A DNA stretch of 64,000 nucleotides from an uncultured Ruficoccus sp. (GTDB lineage: Bacteria > Verrucomicrobiota > Verrucomicrobiia > Opitutales > Cerasicoccaceae), in the NCBI GenBank assembly GCA_965140785.1, contig OZ223481.1, forward strand, positions 160,001 to 224,000, given 5' to 3'. The notes under the pieces were generated by a model. The model saw only the letters and a list, made by a program, of their open reading frames with translations. It searched no databases and was not told the DNA's origin. Position numbers and translations under genes: made by a program. Positions 27,070 to 37,529 of the stretch are shown here, in pieces. How positions within the stretch are numbered: the first letter of the stretch is position 1; each line of letters starts with the position of its first letter.

Positions 27070-28032
27070 CTACGGCTCGACGCGGAAAGTCATGACGATC
27101 GGGTAGTGGTCCGAGCCCAGTTCGGGACCTACCCATTCGGCCACCGGCACAATCCGCTCCGAGACGAAAAACTGGTCGATCGCGGTCCAGATAAACGGTA
27201 GCCCGGCGGGCCAGGTACGCCGGGGCATCCACCTGACCTGAGGCGAGCGCAAGCCGCTCTCCTTCTCGAATTTCTCGAAGAAGGGGGACCAGGGCGAGCA
27301 ATTCATGTCGCCCATGAGGATGACCGGGTCTTTCTGCTCGGCGCAAAGCCGGGCCAGGTCGCGCAGGGTGCCGTTACGCCAGCCCCAGGCATCCTGACTG
27401 ACCGGAGCCTGCGGGTGCATGGCGATGATCGTCACCGGGCCTTCCGGTAACTCGATCCGCACCGGCACGGTGCCGACGCCGCCCCAGGGGAATTTCTCCC
27501 CGATGATCGGGTAGCGGCTGAAAATCATCGCGCCCAGACCGCCCCGCCCCATCCGGCGCTCCTTTTTCTGCGGGTAAATCTCGTCCAGCCCCTCGTAGAG
27601 CGGCTCCATCGCGTTGGTGGCCTCGACGATGACGAAAATGTCCGGGTTCTCCCGGCGCACCCATTCGAGGATTTTGTCGAACTCGCGGTTGTGCGTGTGG
27701 ATGTTGAACGAAGCGGCCTTATACACTTGGCCCTCCGAGGCAGGCGCCGGTTTGGGCAGTCGGAAAATCTCCGCCCCGTTCCAGAAGAAAAAGACCAGGG
27801 CCAACACCAGCAGGACCGGGCGGCGGGTCAGGAGCAGAAACAGGCTCAACGCCCCCAGCACGACGAAGTACTCCATCCGGAAATGGCTCAGCCCGTCCAG
27901 CCGCCAATCTTTCTCTCCCCAGTAGCCGGCCAGCGTCAGCGCCATCAATGCGAGCACCAACAGCAGGCACAGCAGCGTGTTGAGCGTGCGCCAGGAGAGC
28001 AGGCCGTGCGGTTTATCATGTGCCCGATGCAT
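27070..28032 (-). CDS. Membrane-anchored endonuclease/exonuclease/phosphatase family protein
   Basis: Three N-terminal TMs, SFNI, PD...VE, GDMN, IDQ, GSDHYP. Confidence 0.88.
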   Translation of the reverse strand: MHRAHDKPHGLLSWRTLNTLLCLLLVLALMALTLAGYWGEKDWRLDGLSHFRMEYFVVLGALSLFLLLTRRPVLLVLALVFFFWNGAEIFRLPKPAPASEGQVYKAASFNIHTHNREFDKILEWVRRENPDIFVIVEATNAMEPLYEGLDEIYPQKKERRMGRGGLGAMIFSRYPIIGEKFPWGGVGTVPVRIELPEGPVTIIAMHPQAPVSQDAWGWRNGTLRDLARLCAEQKDPVILMGDMNCSPWSPFFEKFEKESGLRSPQVRWMPRRTWPAGLPFIWTAIDQFFVSERIVPVAEWVGPELGSDHYPIVMTFRVEP

Positions 28033-28122
28033 ACCGTAAGGGCATCACTGTGGCGGACTCGCGCGCAGTTTCAAGGCAGGAAAGAGTTGTCTTGCGCCGG
28101 GCGGGCGGTTTTTATCGGCGGC

Positions 28123-28533
28123 ATGGTTCAGCTCACGGCTTCCTACGACGGCGACCTGCACTGCACGGTCACCCACGGCCCCTCGGGGCAGATCATCTCC
28201 ACCGACGCCCCGGTCGATAATCAGGGACGCGGCGAGACCTTTTCCCCCACCGACCTGTGCGCCTCGGCATTCGCCACCTGCGTGGCCACGATCATGGGGA
28301 TCAAGGCCCGCTCGCTCGGCATCGACATCAAGGGCATGACCCTCTCGGTGGAGAAACACATGTCCTCCAACAGCCCGCGCCGCATCGCCGCGCTGCCCAT
28401 GACGGTCACCGTGTCCACCCCGACCACGCCCGAGCAACGCGCCGCCCTCGAACGGGCCGCCTACGGCTGCCCCGTCCACAACAGCCTCCACCCCGACATC
28501 GAAAAACCCATCACCTTCAACTGGCAGGACTAG
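28123..28533 (+). CDS. OsmC family protein
   Basis: HGPSG, TDAPVDN.G.G..FSPTDL, conserved Cys, CPVH.SL. Confidence 0.92.
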   Translation: MVQLTASYDGDLHCTVTHGPSGQIISTDAPVDNQGRGETFSPTDLCASAFATCVATIMGIKARSLGIDIKGMTLSVEKHMSSNSPRRIAALPMTVTVSTPTTPEQRAALERAAYGCPVHNSLHPDIEKPITFNWQD

Positions 28534-28724
28534 TCCTGCACCTGTGATCCTGCGGATCACTGACACCCGCGCCAACGCGCGGGTGTGGAGAACGCCTAGA
28601 GACATCAGCCTCTTTATGGATAGCCCAGTTTTGATGCTGTTTGCGGATGCGCAGCATCGAAAGTGCAGACTAAAATGCTGGTCCAGCCGGACCTGCCGTG
28701 GGGCCTGGGGGCGCGCAGCCCCCA
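28524..28724. repeat. Mosaic repeat: M1(-), hairpin, M3(+); overlaps the OsmC-gene stop codon
   Basis: Same layout as 12220-12419, including the AGAGACAT..ATGG..CCCAGTTTTGATGCT linker. Confidence 0.75.
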
Positions 28725-28749
28725 TCATATTCAGTTTCCCGTCTCTCCC

Positions 28750-31620
28750 ATGACCACTGTCCGCCACCTGACCTGCTCTCGTCCCGGCTCGGCCTGGGAG
28801 GAGGCGGTGCGTCCGTGGTTCGAGTTGCTGGGCCGGGAAGCCTGGGCGGCGGACAAGCCCGTGGCGGCGCTGGTGCCCGACGGGGTCGCCGCCTCCGTGC
28901 TCAAGCGCCAGCTGGCCGAGGCCGGGCTGCCAGTGGTCGGGATCGATATCTTCACCCCCGGACGACTGCGCCACCGGCTGGCCGCCGCGCTTCCGCAGGA
29001 CAAGCCCGTGGCCGTGCGCGAGGAGCTGATCCTCTTTCTGCGGCTGGCCGCGCAGAATCTGCCGGATAACAGCTTTGCCCGGGCGGTGCTGGCCGATCCG
29101 CTGCCGTTTTTGCGCGACTTCGACGCGCTCGACGCCGCCGGGTGGACCGGGGAGGTTTTCCGCTTCGGCCCCGCCAACGAGCTGTTGAACGCCCTGCGCG
29201 GGCAGTTGGAAAGGGCCGGGATGCGGACTGCCCACGCCGCCGCCCGCCTGCCCGAGACCGCCGAACCGGTCTTCTCGCACCTCCTGGTGACGGGCTTCGG
29301 CCCGGCCCAGAGCGGGAACTTCTTTCTCCTGCAATCCGCGCTCGCCGCCAGTGAGGCGGCCACGGCGGTCTTTAGTCAACCGATCTCGGACGCCCCGCTC
29401 GACTACGCCTTTAGCGAAATCTGGGAAACCCTCCTCGGCCCCGCCGAACCGGCCCCCGGCATGCTGGAGTTCCCCGCCGCTGCCGCGGGCGAACCGGCCT
29501 TCCTCCTCGCGCCCGATCCCTGCGTGGAGGCAAGCCTGATCGCCGATCAGGTCGAGCGCTGGCTGGCCGAGGCAGAGAGCCCGCGCATCGGGGTGGTCTT
29601 CCCGCACGGCGGGCTGGCCCTGCCGCGCGAAGTCGCCCTCGCCCTCGAAGCGGCCCGCCTCCCCCACTACGACGCCGGGGGGCACGCCGCCGCCCGACCG
29701 GCAGGCTTTCAACTGCTGGAGGCCTGGCGGGCCATGCAGGAGAGCCAGCGGCTGCAGGAGGCGGTGGACTTTATTCGAGCCCTGCGCGCCCACCGCGAGC
29801 TTTTGCCCGAGCAGGCCGAGCGTTTGTTAAAAGTCCTGCGGGACACCTTCAGCGAGGCCATGACCGACGACCTCGCCGTGCTCCGGGCCGCCGGTTCGCA
29901 CCGGCCGGAGGCGGCGGAGTTTTTCACCCAATGGCCTCCCCTGCCCCCGAGCGAAACGCTGGAAGCCTACGCCGAGGCGGTCCGCCCGGTGCTGGAGCGC
30001 TTCGCCTGGCCCGAGCGGCTGGATTTCCTCAGCGAGCGTGTCGCCCTGCTGGCCCCCCGCCTGGAGGACCGGCTGGAGCGGACGGCCTTCCTCGGCTGGC
30101 TGGCCAAAATGGTGGACCGCCCCGGACGCGCCCGCAGCGAAATGGGCCGCCACCCGCTGGCCCGGGTCGCGCTGGTCACGGCTCAGGAAGCGCTCGCCGG
30201 GGACTGGACGCATCTGATTTTTGCCGGGATGAACGGACGCCAGTGGGAGCCGCCCGTCCCCGCCTCCGGCCTGCTGGACGAGAGCCTGATCCGCCGCCTC
30301 AACGAGCGCGCCGGCTACACCGCCGACGGCGTGGCGGACTTCGACGGGGAGCATGGCCGCCTGCTCGCTCCCGACGAGCAGACCGCGCTGACCGAATCGG
30401 CCTTCTGGCACCTTTTTAGCCAGACCGGGGCCGCCGTCACCTGCACCGCCGCCCGGCGCGACAATCCCGCCTCCACTCGTGCCAGCGCCGTCAACGACCT
30501 TTTCCTCAAAGCCTTTCACCTCGCCCGCGGCACGCTGCCCGACGAACCGGCCTGCGCCCAACTGGAGGCGCTCAGCCTCGCCCGGCTCCCTCCGGCCGAG
30601 AGCGCCCGCGCCTTTCCCGGCGAGGAGGGCTTCATCGGCGTGCACCAGAACCGCCGCAACCCCGCCCTGTCCTTCGACGGGCACTTCTTCGGCTTCGACA
30701 CGCCCCCGCCCGGCGGGCTGGACTTTTCCTTCTCGCAGTGGGAGGAGGTCTTTAAAAACCCCGGCTACACCTGGATCAAGCAGGCCGTCCGCGCCGATCT
30801 GGCCTGGAACCCCGACGCCGAGCGCTCGCTCGCCCAGGCCGTCGGGCTGTGGGTCCACGACTGGGTCAGCCCGCTGGTAAAGGACGGGACGTGGGTGCCC
30901 ATTCCCGAGCGTGAGCTGTGGCCGCAGATCGCCCGCGACAAGGCCGCCCGCGTCGCCCAGCGCCTGAGCGCCGCCTACGAGTCCGCCGGACGCCGCCTGC
31001 CGGACTGGTGGAGCGAGACCCACACCGGCGCCCTCGCCATGGCCGACTCCCTCATCGAGGCCGTGCTCGACGCCGCGCTGGAGGCCCTTCCCCGCGGCCA
31101 GTTGGCGAGCGAATATTCCCTGCCCGAGGGCACACTGGAGCTTTCCCCCGGCGACCCCGCCCTGCGCGTGCGCGGGCGCATCGACCTGCTCCTGCACGAC
31201 GGTCCCGACCCCGAAAACGCCCCGGGCCCGACCTGGCTGGTGGACTTCAAGACCGGCAGCCGCAAGCCCCTCACGACTAAGCGCTTCGCCGAGGGCGACG
31301 GGCTCCAGCTCGGCCTCTACGCCCTGGCCCTGGAGCAACTGGGCTTCGGCCCGGTCACGCTCAGCCTGCTCGTCCCCGGCGGCGCGTTAAAGCCCCAACT
31401 GACCGACGCCGACGTGCGCGCCGAGACCGCGCTGCTCGGAGCCGTCTCGGCCATCCACGCCAGCGGCATACTCGGACACCGGGGGGCGTTCCGCGACCGT
31501 TTCAAGTTCAGTGGCCATTACCCGCTGGCCACGCTCGTCATCGGCCCGGCCACCCTGAAAAGCAAGTGGCTGCTCACCCACCCCGGCCTCGCCCCGGACG
31601 AAGAGGAGGACGACGCATGA
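28750..31620 (+). CDS. AddB-like protein (degenerate helicase scaffold + PD-(D/E)XK nuclease)
   Basis: C-terminal G.WVH, RGRIDL, LVDFKTG, QLGLY; ATGA-coupled to a UvrD-type helicase. Confidence 0.8.
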   Translation: MTTVRHLTCSRPGSAWEEAVRPWFELLGREAWAADKPVAALVPDGVAASVLKRQLAEAGLPVVGIDIFTPGRLRHRLAAALPQDKPVAVREELILFLRLAAQNLPDNSFARAVLADPLPFLRDFDALDAAGWTGEVFRFGPANELLNALRGQLERAGMRTAHAAARLPETAEPVFSHLLVTGFGPAQSGNFFLLQSALAASEAATAVFSQPISDAPLDYAFSEIWETLLGPAEPAPGMLEFPAAAAGEPAFLLAPDPCVEASLIADQVERWLAEAESPRIGVVFPHGGLALPREVALALEAARLPHYDAGGHAAARPAGFQLLEAWRAMQESQRLQEAVDFIRALRAHRELLPEQAERLLKVLRDTFSEAMTDDLAVLRAAGSHRPEAAEFFTQWPPLPPSETLEAYAEAVRPVLERFAWPERLDFLSERVALLAPRLEDRLERTAFLGWLAKMVDRPGRARSEMGRHPLARVALVTAQEALAGDWTHLIFAGMNGRQWEPPVPASGLLDESLIRRLNERAGYTADGVADFDGEHGRLLAPDEQTALTESAFWHLFSQTGAAVTCTAARRDNPASTRASAVNDLFLKAFHLARGTLPDEPACAQLEALSLARLPPAESARAFPGEEGFIGVHQNRRNPALSFDGHFFGFDTPPPGGLDFSFSQWEEVFKNPGYTWIKQAVRADLAWNPDAERSLAQAVGLWVHDWVSPLVKDGTWVPIPERELWPQIARDKAARVAQRLSAAYESAGRRLPDWWSETHTGALAMADSLIEAVLDAALEALPRGQLASEYSLPEGTLELSPGDPALRVRGRIDLLLHDGPDPENAPGPTWLVDFKTGSRKPLTTKRFAEGDGLQLGLYALALEQLGFGPVTLSLLVPGGALKPQLTDADVRAETALLGAVSAIHASGILGHRGAFRDRFKFSGHYPLATLVIGPATLKSKWLLTHPGLAPDEEEDDA

Positions 31621-34600
31621 GCGGCTTCCCTCCCCTGCCCGACCAGCGCGACCGCGACCGCTTCCTGAAGGAAACGGACCGGAACTTCTCCGTCATCGCC
31701 CCGGCGGGCGTGGGCAAGACCACGGCCATCGTCGGCCGCATCGCCAACCTCGGTGCCCAGGACGCCAACCGGGCCGAACCGCTGCTGCCACACCTGGCCG
31801 TCGTCACCTACACCCGCAAGGCCGCCGGCGAGCTGGAGGACCGCGCCCGACACAAGCTTCTGGAGCACGCCGCCGGCAACGAACGCCTGCTCCGGCTGTT
31901 CGGGAAAGCCTTTTTCGGGACCATCCACAGCTTTTGCCTGGAGCTGCTGCGCCGCCACGGCCACCACCTCGGCCTCTCCCCGGCACTGGAACTGGTCGAG
32001 AACCAGAGCGAAAAAGACGCCCTCTGGCTGCGTTTTCTGCGCTCGCAGGACCGCCTGAGCGAACTCGCCCCCGAGGCCGTCCGCACCGATTTCCTGAAAA
32101 TCGCCCCCCTGGGCAAAATGCTCGAGCTGGCCCGCGAATTGTCCGGCGAGGACTTCCCCGCCCCCGGCCCGCGCCCCGAGCCGGACTGCGGCGAGATTTT
32201 TACCCTCACCGGCAAGGGCCGCTCCGCCGCCAAGGTCGAGCAATCCCAGGAAATCCTCCGGCGCTGGCTGGCCAACCTCGACACCCCCGACGCGCACGGC
32301 CTGGGCATCCCCGAGCCCGCCACCTCGGCCAAGGAATTCGTCGCCGCCTGGGCCAACGCCCTGCAACCGCTTCAGGACTGGCTGGGCGAGGCCGGGCTGG
32401 CCTTCGCCTCCGCCGTGGCCCGGCGCTACCGGCAGTTTCGCCTGGAAGCCGGACGGCTGACCTACGACGACATGATTGTCCTCGCCGACCGGCTGCTGGC
32501 CCAGCCGCAGGCGCTGGCCGAGATCCGCGCCCATCGCTGGCGCATCATTCTCGACGAGGCCCAGGACACCGACCCGGTGCAGTTCCGCATCCTCACCGCC
32601 GTGGCCCGCGAGAACGGCGCGCCCGCCGACTGGCCCGGCCCGGCCGAAGCCCCGCCCGGCGGGCACTTCTGCATGGTGGGCGACCCGCAACAGTCCATCT
32701 ACAGCGACCGTGCCGACCTGCATGGCTATCTCGCGCTCCATGAGGCGCTCTCGGACGCGCCCGACGGGGACGCGCTGACCTTCACCGTAACCATGCGCTG
32801 CGACCAGGCCGTGGTCGAGGCCGTCAACACCGCCTTTCCCGCCGTGCTCAACGGCTCCGCCGGGCAGGTGGACCTCGTGCCGCTGGAAGCCCGCCCCGGC
32901 GTGCTGCCCGGCTGTGTCGAACGCCTGACCCTGGCCCCCGAGGCCGAGAGCGCCAAAAAACGCGACCAGCTCGAGGCCGAAGCCGCCGCCCTCGCCGAGT
33001 GGCTGCAAGCCCGCGGCCCCGCCCAACTGGGCGCCCACGGCTGGGGCGAAGTCGCCCTGCTGTGCCCGCGCAAGGACGGCCTCGACGCCCTCGCCTTTCA
33101 ACTGGAAAAACGCGGCCTGCCCGTGCAGAACCACTCCCGCAACGACCTCCTCGGCGATGACCCGGCCTTTGCCTGGGCGGCCGGACTGGCTCAGGTCATG
33201 GCGCACCCGGGGGACGCCTTCGAGCTGTTTGGTGTGCTGCGGGAGGTCTTCGCCGTGGCCGACGGCGAGATGGCCGCGCTCGTCCAGGCCGCCCGCGAGG
33301 CGGACCAGCCCTCGCCCCTGCACCTGGAGTCGCGCCCGGAGCAGGTTCCCGGCCTGACCGGGGAAATCCTCTCCCTGCTCTACACCGCCCGCCAGCGTTG
33401 TATCCGTTTATCACTACGCGAAGCGTTGGAGCACCTGCTCTCGGCCACAAACCTGCCCGCCCGGCTGGCCGCCCTGCCGGGGGTTTCCCCCGCCCGCCTG
33501 ACGCAGACGCTCGACGCACTGCGGCTGGAGGCCGTCGCCGCCGAGGCCCGGGGCGAGAGCCTGGCGGACCTCGCCAAGACCCTCCGCCGCCGCTACCAGG
33601 AAGCGCCCGGCGAGGCCCCCGCCGCCCCAGACCGCATTCAACTGCTGACTTGTCACAAGTCCAAGGGGCTGGAGTGGCCGGTGGTCATCCTGCCGCTGTT
33701 TTTCTCGCCCATCAGCGAAGCCCGCGCCAACTACCCGCAGTTGCTCGGCGGACCCGGCGAGGCTCCGACGCTGGCTGTATCCAAAAATCATGACAAATCC
33801 TCCGCCAAGGCCGCGCAGGCCCGGCGCGGTTCCCAGACCTACGAGCGGCTGCTCTACGTCAGCGCCACCCGCGCCCGCCACAGCCTGATCGTGGTCGAGG
33901 ACGAGGAACTCTTTAAAAAGGCCGACGGCTCCTTCGCCGCCGGGCTGCGCGCCCGCTCCGAAGACGACAACCGCCCCTGGTGGGACGCCCTGCCCGCCTT
34001 CGCGCCTAAGCCCGAGCGGTTCCCCGCCCGCACCGCGCCTGGAGACTCTTCCAGCCCCGAGGTAGATTTCGCCCAGCCATCCGACACCGACACCGCCGAC
34101 GCCGGGGCCCAAGCCGAGCGCGAGCAGCGCCGCCAGTACGCCCGTGAGCGGCGGGTCAATTCCCCGAGCGCGTGCTGCCCAGTTCGCTGGCGCGGCACGC
34201 GAGCTTCGAGGGCCACCACCGCGACGAACGCGACCTGGCCGCCGAGCCGCTTTTCCCGGAGTTGGCCGCCGCCGCAGCCGCCAAAAAAGGAGCCGACTAC
34301 GGCAACTGGTGGCACCTGACGATGGAAACGCTTCCCTGGGCCGACGGCCCCGAGGCCTGGCGCGAGCACGCGCAGGCGAGCGGCTGGCCACACTGCCCCG
34401 ATCCGGCCCGCGCGGCGAACACGAACTGGACCTATTCCATGCCTCCGACGCCGCCCGCCAGCCTGGCCCATCCCGATCTCGCCGTGATTCGTACCGAGGT
34501 CCCGGTCTTCTGGCCCGAGAGTGCAGACACCACGTCTACGACGGAACTATCGATCTGGCGGCACGCACGCCGACACCGGCTGGCTCGTTATCGACTGGAA

Positions 34601-34772
34601 AACCGACCGCGTGGACCCGGCGCGTGGCCTCGCCGGCGCTGGCCGAAACTTACGGCCCCCAGCTCGACTGCTACCGCCGTGCCCTCGGGCAGCATCTTAC
34701 GCCGCCCCGGTCGAGGTCTATCTCTACAGCACCCGCCAGGGCGAATGGCTGGAGCTTCCGGCCCCGGCTTGA
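31617..34772 (+). CDS. AddA-like UvrD helicase-nuclease; 3' end broken by several indels
   Basis: APAGVGKT, TIHSF, LDEAQDT, VGDPQQSIY, T.HKSKGLEW, RLLYVSATRAR; nuclease motifs GNWWH, DGTIDL, VIDWKTD, QLDCY spread over three frames after about 34150. Confidence 0.85.
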
Positions 34773-34822
34773 GTCGCTCGCCCGGGAACACATCGGCGAA
34801 ACCGGTTTCTATACAAATGCCC

Positions 34823-35461
34823 ATGAGGAACATCCTTTTCGACTTCGACGGCACCCTCGCCGACACGCTCCCGCTGTGCATTAGCGCATTCCGGGAGGCC
34901 ATCGAACCGCTGGTTGGACGCAAGCTCAGCGACCGCGATATCGTCGAAACCTTCGGCCCGTCTGAAGAGGGAACGATCGCCGCCCTACTCCCGGGCAAAG
35001 AAGAACAGGGCCTGCGCGGTTACCTCAAAAGCTACGCGACCCTCCATGCGCAATGGCCGGCACCCTTTCCCGGCATGCCCGAGCTGTTGCGCTACCTGCG
35101 GGACAAGCACGTCTTTCTCGGGCTCGTCACCGGCAAGGGACCACAGAGCGCCGCCCTCAGCCTCGAACGTTACGGCCTGGAGGACTTCTTTCAAACCGTG
35201 CAGACCGGCGATCCTTCCGGCCCGGTCAAAGTCCAAAAAATCACGCACGTGATCGACGAATTCGGCCTCGACCCCGGCGAAACGCTTTACGTCGGGGACG
35301 CCCTCAGCGACATCACTGCCGCGCGCGCCTGTGGGGTCCACATTGCCGCCGCGGCCTGGGCCGACTCCGCCGACCCGGACGGGCTCCGCTCCCTGAGCCC
35401 CGATTACCTGTTCACGACGCTGGAGGATTTTTACGCCTTTATCCACCGCCTTTTTGACTGA
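34823..35461 (+). CDS. HAD family hydrolase (phosphoglycolate phosphatase-like)
   Basis: LFDFDGTLADT, LVTGK, YVGD...DI. Confidence 0.9.
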   Translation: MRNILFDFDGTLADTLPLCISAFREAIEPLVGRKLSDRDIVETFGPSEEGTIAALLPGKEEQGLRGYLKSYATLHAQWPAPFPGMPELLRYLRDKHVFLGLVTGKGPQSAALSLERYGLEDFFQTVQTGDPSGPVKVQKITHVIDEFGLDPGETLYVGDALSDITAARACGVHIAAAAWADSADPDGLRSLSPDYLFTTLEDFYAFIHRLFD

Positions 35462-35489
35462 GAGAAGAGGGGAGGCTTTTCGCCATCCC

Positions 35490-36128
35490 CTACCCCAGCA
35501 GCGCCAAAACTTCCCGGTGCGAGCGCAGCACGGGCACGCCGCAGGCCTCCAGGCGAGCGCGGCTCTGATGACCGCCTTCTAATAACACGCAGTCCGCGCC
35601 GATCTCGCGCGCGACCGCGTAGTCGTGCGTGGTGTCGCCGATCAGCAGCACCTCGTGCGGCTCATGGGCGAGGCTGGCCATGTGAGCGCGACCATTGGCG
35701 GTCTTGCTGGCGGCGAAGATGTTATCGAGGCCGATCAGCTTGGAGAAGTATTGCCCCAGCCCGAGCAGCCCCACCAGCTCGACCAGCGAATGATGCTCGT
35801 GCGCGGAGAGAATGACCTGCTCAATCCCGCGGGCCTGCACCGCCGCCACCGTCGTGCGGACCTCGGGATAGAGGCGGCACTCCAGCCGGCGGCGGTTGTA
35901 CGCGTCCACGAACTCCCGGCTGATCGCCTCGAAAGGATCGCGCTCCAAGTCGAAACCCAGCTTACGGTAGTACTCGATGACCGGAAAGTCGAACTCGGCC
36001 TGATAACGCTCAAGCGTGACCGGGCTCAGCGCCCGCCGGGCCACCACGCCGTTGATCACCTCCAGGCACAGCCAGGCGTCGTCCAGCAGGGTCCCGTTCC
36101 AGTCCCAGATCAGGTGTCGGTAAGCCAC
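35490..36128 (-). CDS. HAD family hydrolase
   Basis: IWDWNGTL, ILSA, IGDTTHD, GHQS; GTG start inferred. Confidence 0.88.
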   Translation of the reverse strand: MAYRHLIWDWNGTLLDDAWLCLEVINGVVARRALSPVTLERYQAEFDFPVIEYYRKLGFDLERDPFEAISREFVDAYNRRRLECRLYPEVRTTVAAVQARGIEQVILSAHEHHSLVELVGLLGLGQYFSKLIGLDNIFAASKTANGRAHMASLAHEPHEVLLIGDTTHDYAVAREIGADCVLLEGGHQSRARLEACGVPVLRSHREVLALLG

Positions 36129-36225
36129 AATAGCTTTATTGTCATATATCACCCCCGCCCCAGTGCCAGCCCGGAACCGGATAAAAATGAGCTCATGGAG
36201 CGGTGGACAGGAATTTTCAAAAATA

Positions 36226-36241
36226 GTGAACAAATTAACAC
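36226..36241. promoter_or_regulatory. Candidate LexA operator upstream of recA
   Basis: G-TGAAC-AAAT-TAACA-C, 7/10 match to the Verrucomicrobia LexA motif TGTTC-N4-GAACA. Confidence 0.35.
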
Positions 36242-36297
36242 ATTGAGCTTGCACTCCCCGGGCAAGTTCGCACGCTGGGCTAAAAACCCACCTCACC

Positions 36298-37362
36298 ATG
36301 GCAGCACCCAAGAAAAACACCTCCTCAGACACCAAAGACGCCAAGGCGCTCGACTTCGCTATCTCCGCCATCAACAAGCAGTTCGGGGAAGGCTCGATCA
36401 TGCGCCTGGGCGAGAGCACCAAGCTCAATGTCGAGTCCGTCTCCACCGGCTCAGTCGCCATCGACCTGGCGCTCGGCGTCGGCGGGTTGCCCCGGGGCCG
36501 CATCTGCGAGATCTACGGACCCGAGTCTTCCGGTAAGACCACCCTGTGTCTGTCCATCATCGCCGAGGTCCAGCGCCAGGGCGGCAACGCGGTCTTCGTC
36601 GATGTGGAGCACGCCCTCGACCCGCGCTACGCCAAGGTCGTCGGCGTCGATCTGGACAACCTCATGATTTCCCAGCCCGAGTCGGGCGAAGACGCTCTCA
36701 ACATCACCGAGACCCTGATCCGCTCCGGCGCGGTCGATGTCGTCGTGGTGGACTCGGTCGCCGCCCTCGTCTCCCGAACCGAGCTCGACGGCCAGATGGG
36801 CGACGCCACCGTCGGCCTCCAGGCCCGCATGATGAGCCAGGCCATGCGCCGCCTCACCGGCGCGATCAACAAGTCGAAGTGCATCTGTATCTTTACCAAT
36901 CAGATCCGTGAAAAAATCGGCGTCATGTTCGGCAGCCCGGAAACGACCCCCGGCGGGCGGGCGCTGAAGTTCTTCGCCTCCGTGCGCATGGACATCCGCC
37001 GCATCGGCGCAATCAAGGACACCTCCGGCGCCGTCAAGGGCAACCGCACCCGCGTCAAGGTGGTCAAGAACAAGGTCGCCCCGCCCTTCACCGAGTGCGA
37101 GTTCGACATCATGTACAGCGAGGGCATCTCCCGCACCGGCTCCCTGCTCGACCTCGGCGTGGAGCACAAGCTGGTGGAAAAGAAAGGCGCGTGGTTCGGC
37201 TACAACGGCGACCTCATCGGCCAGGGACGCGAAGCGGCCAAGGCCTACCTGAGCGAACACACCGACGTGATGAAGGACCTGCAGGAGAAAATCCTCGATA
37301 AGGTCCAGGTCGTCGGCGGTACCGCTCTGGCCGAGTCTCACGCCGCCGAAGACGAGGAGTAG
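36298..37362 (+). CDS. recA: Recombinase A
   Basis: [38 protein letters not shown]. Confidence 0.99.
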   Translation: MAAPKKNTSSDTKDAKALDFAISAINKQFGEGSIMRLGESTKLNVESVSTGSVAIDLALGVGGLPRGRICEIYGPESSGKTTLCLSIIAEVQRQGGNAVFVDVEHALDPRYAKVVGVDLDNLMISQPESGEDALNITETLIRSGAVDVVVVDSVAALVSRTELDGQMGDATVGLQARMMSQAMRRLTGAINKSKCICIFTNQIREKIGVMFGSPETTPGGRALKFFASVRMDIRRIGAIKDTSGAVKGNRTRVKVVKNKVAPPFTECEFDIMYSEGISRTGSLLDLGVEHKLVEKKGAWFGYNGDLIGQGREAAKAYLSEHTDVMKDLQEKILDKVQVVGGTALAESHAAEDEE

Positions 37363-37529
37363 CAGCTGGTCCACAAGCACCGTCGGGGAAACCGGCCCTG
37401 CAACACCCGCACGTCCTAAAACCGGGTTGGGTTACTTTTGCCCGGCGCTTGCCGCCTCAATGCTCGCGAGGACAGGCCGCATTTTCTGCGTGACGCCTGC
37501 GCCTGCGGCTCTGAGAATCGCCGGTACGC

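Noticed and set aside
28750..34772. Helicase-nuclease pair as an anti-phage defence system
   Set aside because: Architecture and position near recA fit housekeeping AddAB-type double-strand break repair
34172..35461. 429-aa nuclease-HAD fusion in the ORF track
   Set aside because: Artefact of addA indels; the HAD gene has its own ATG at 34817/34823
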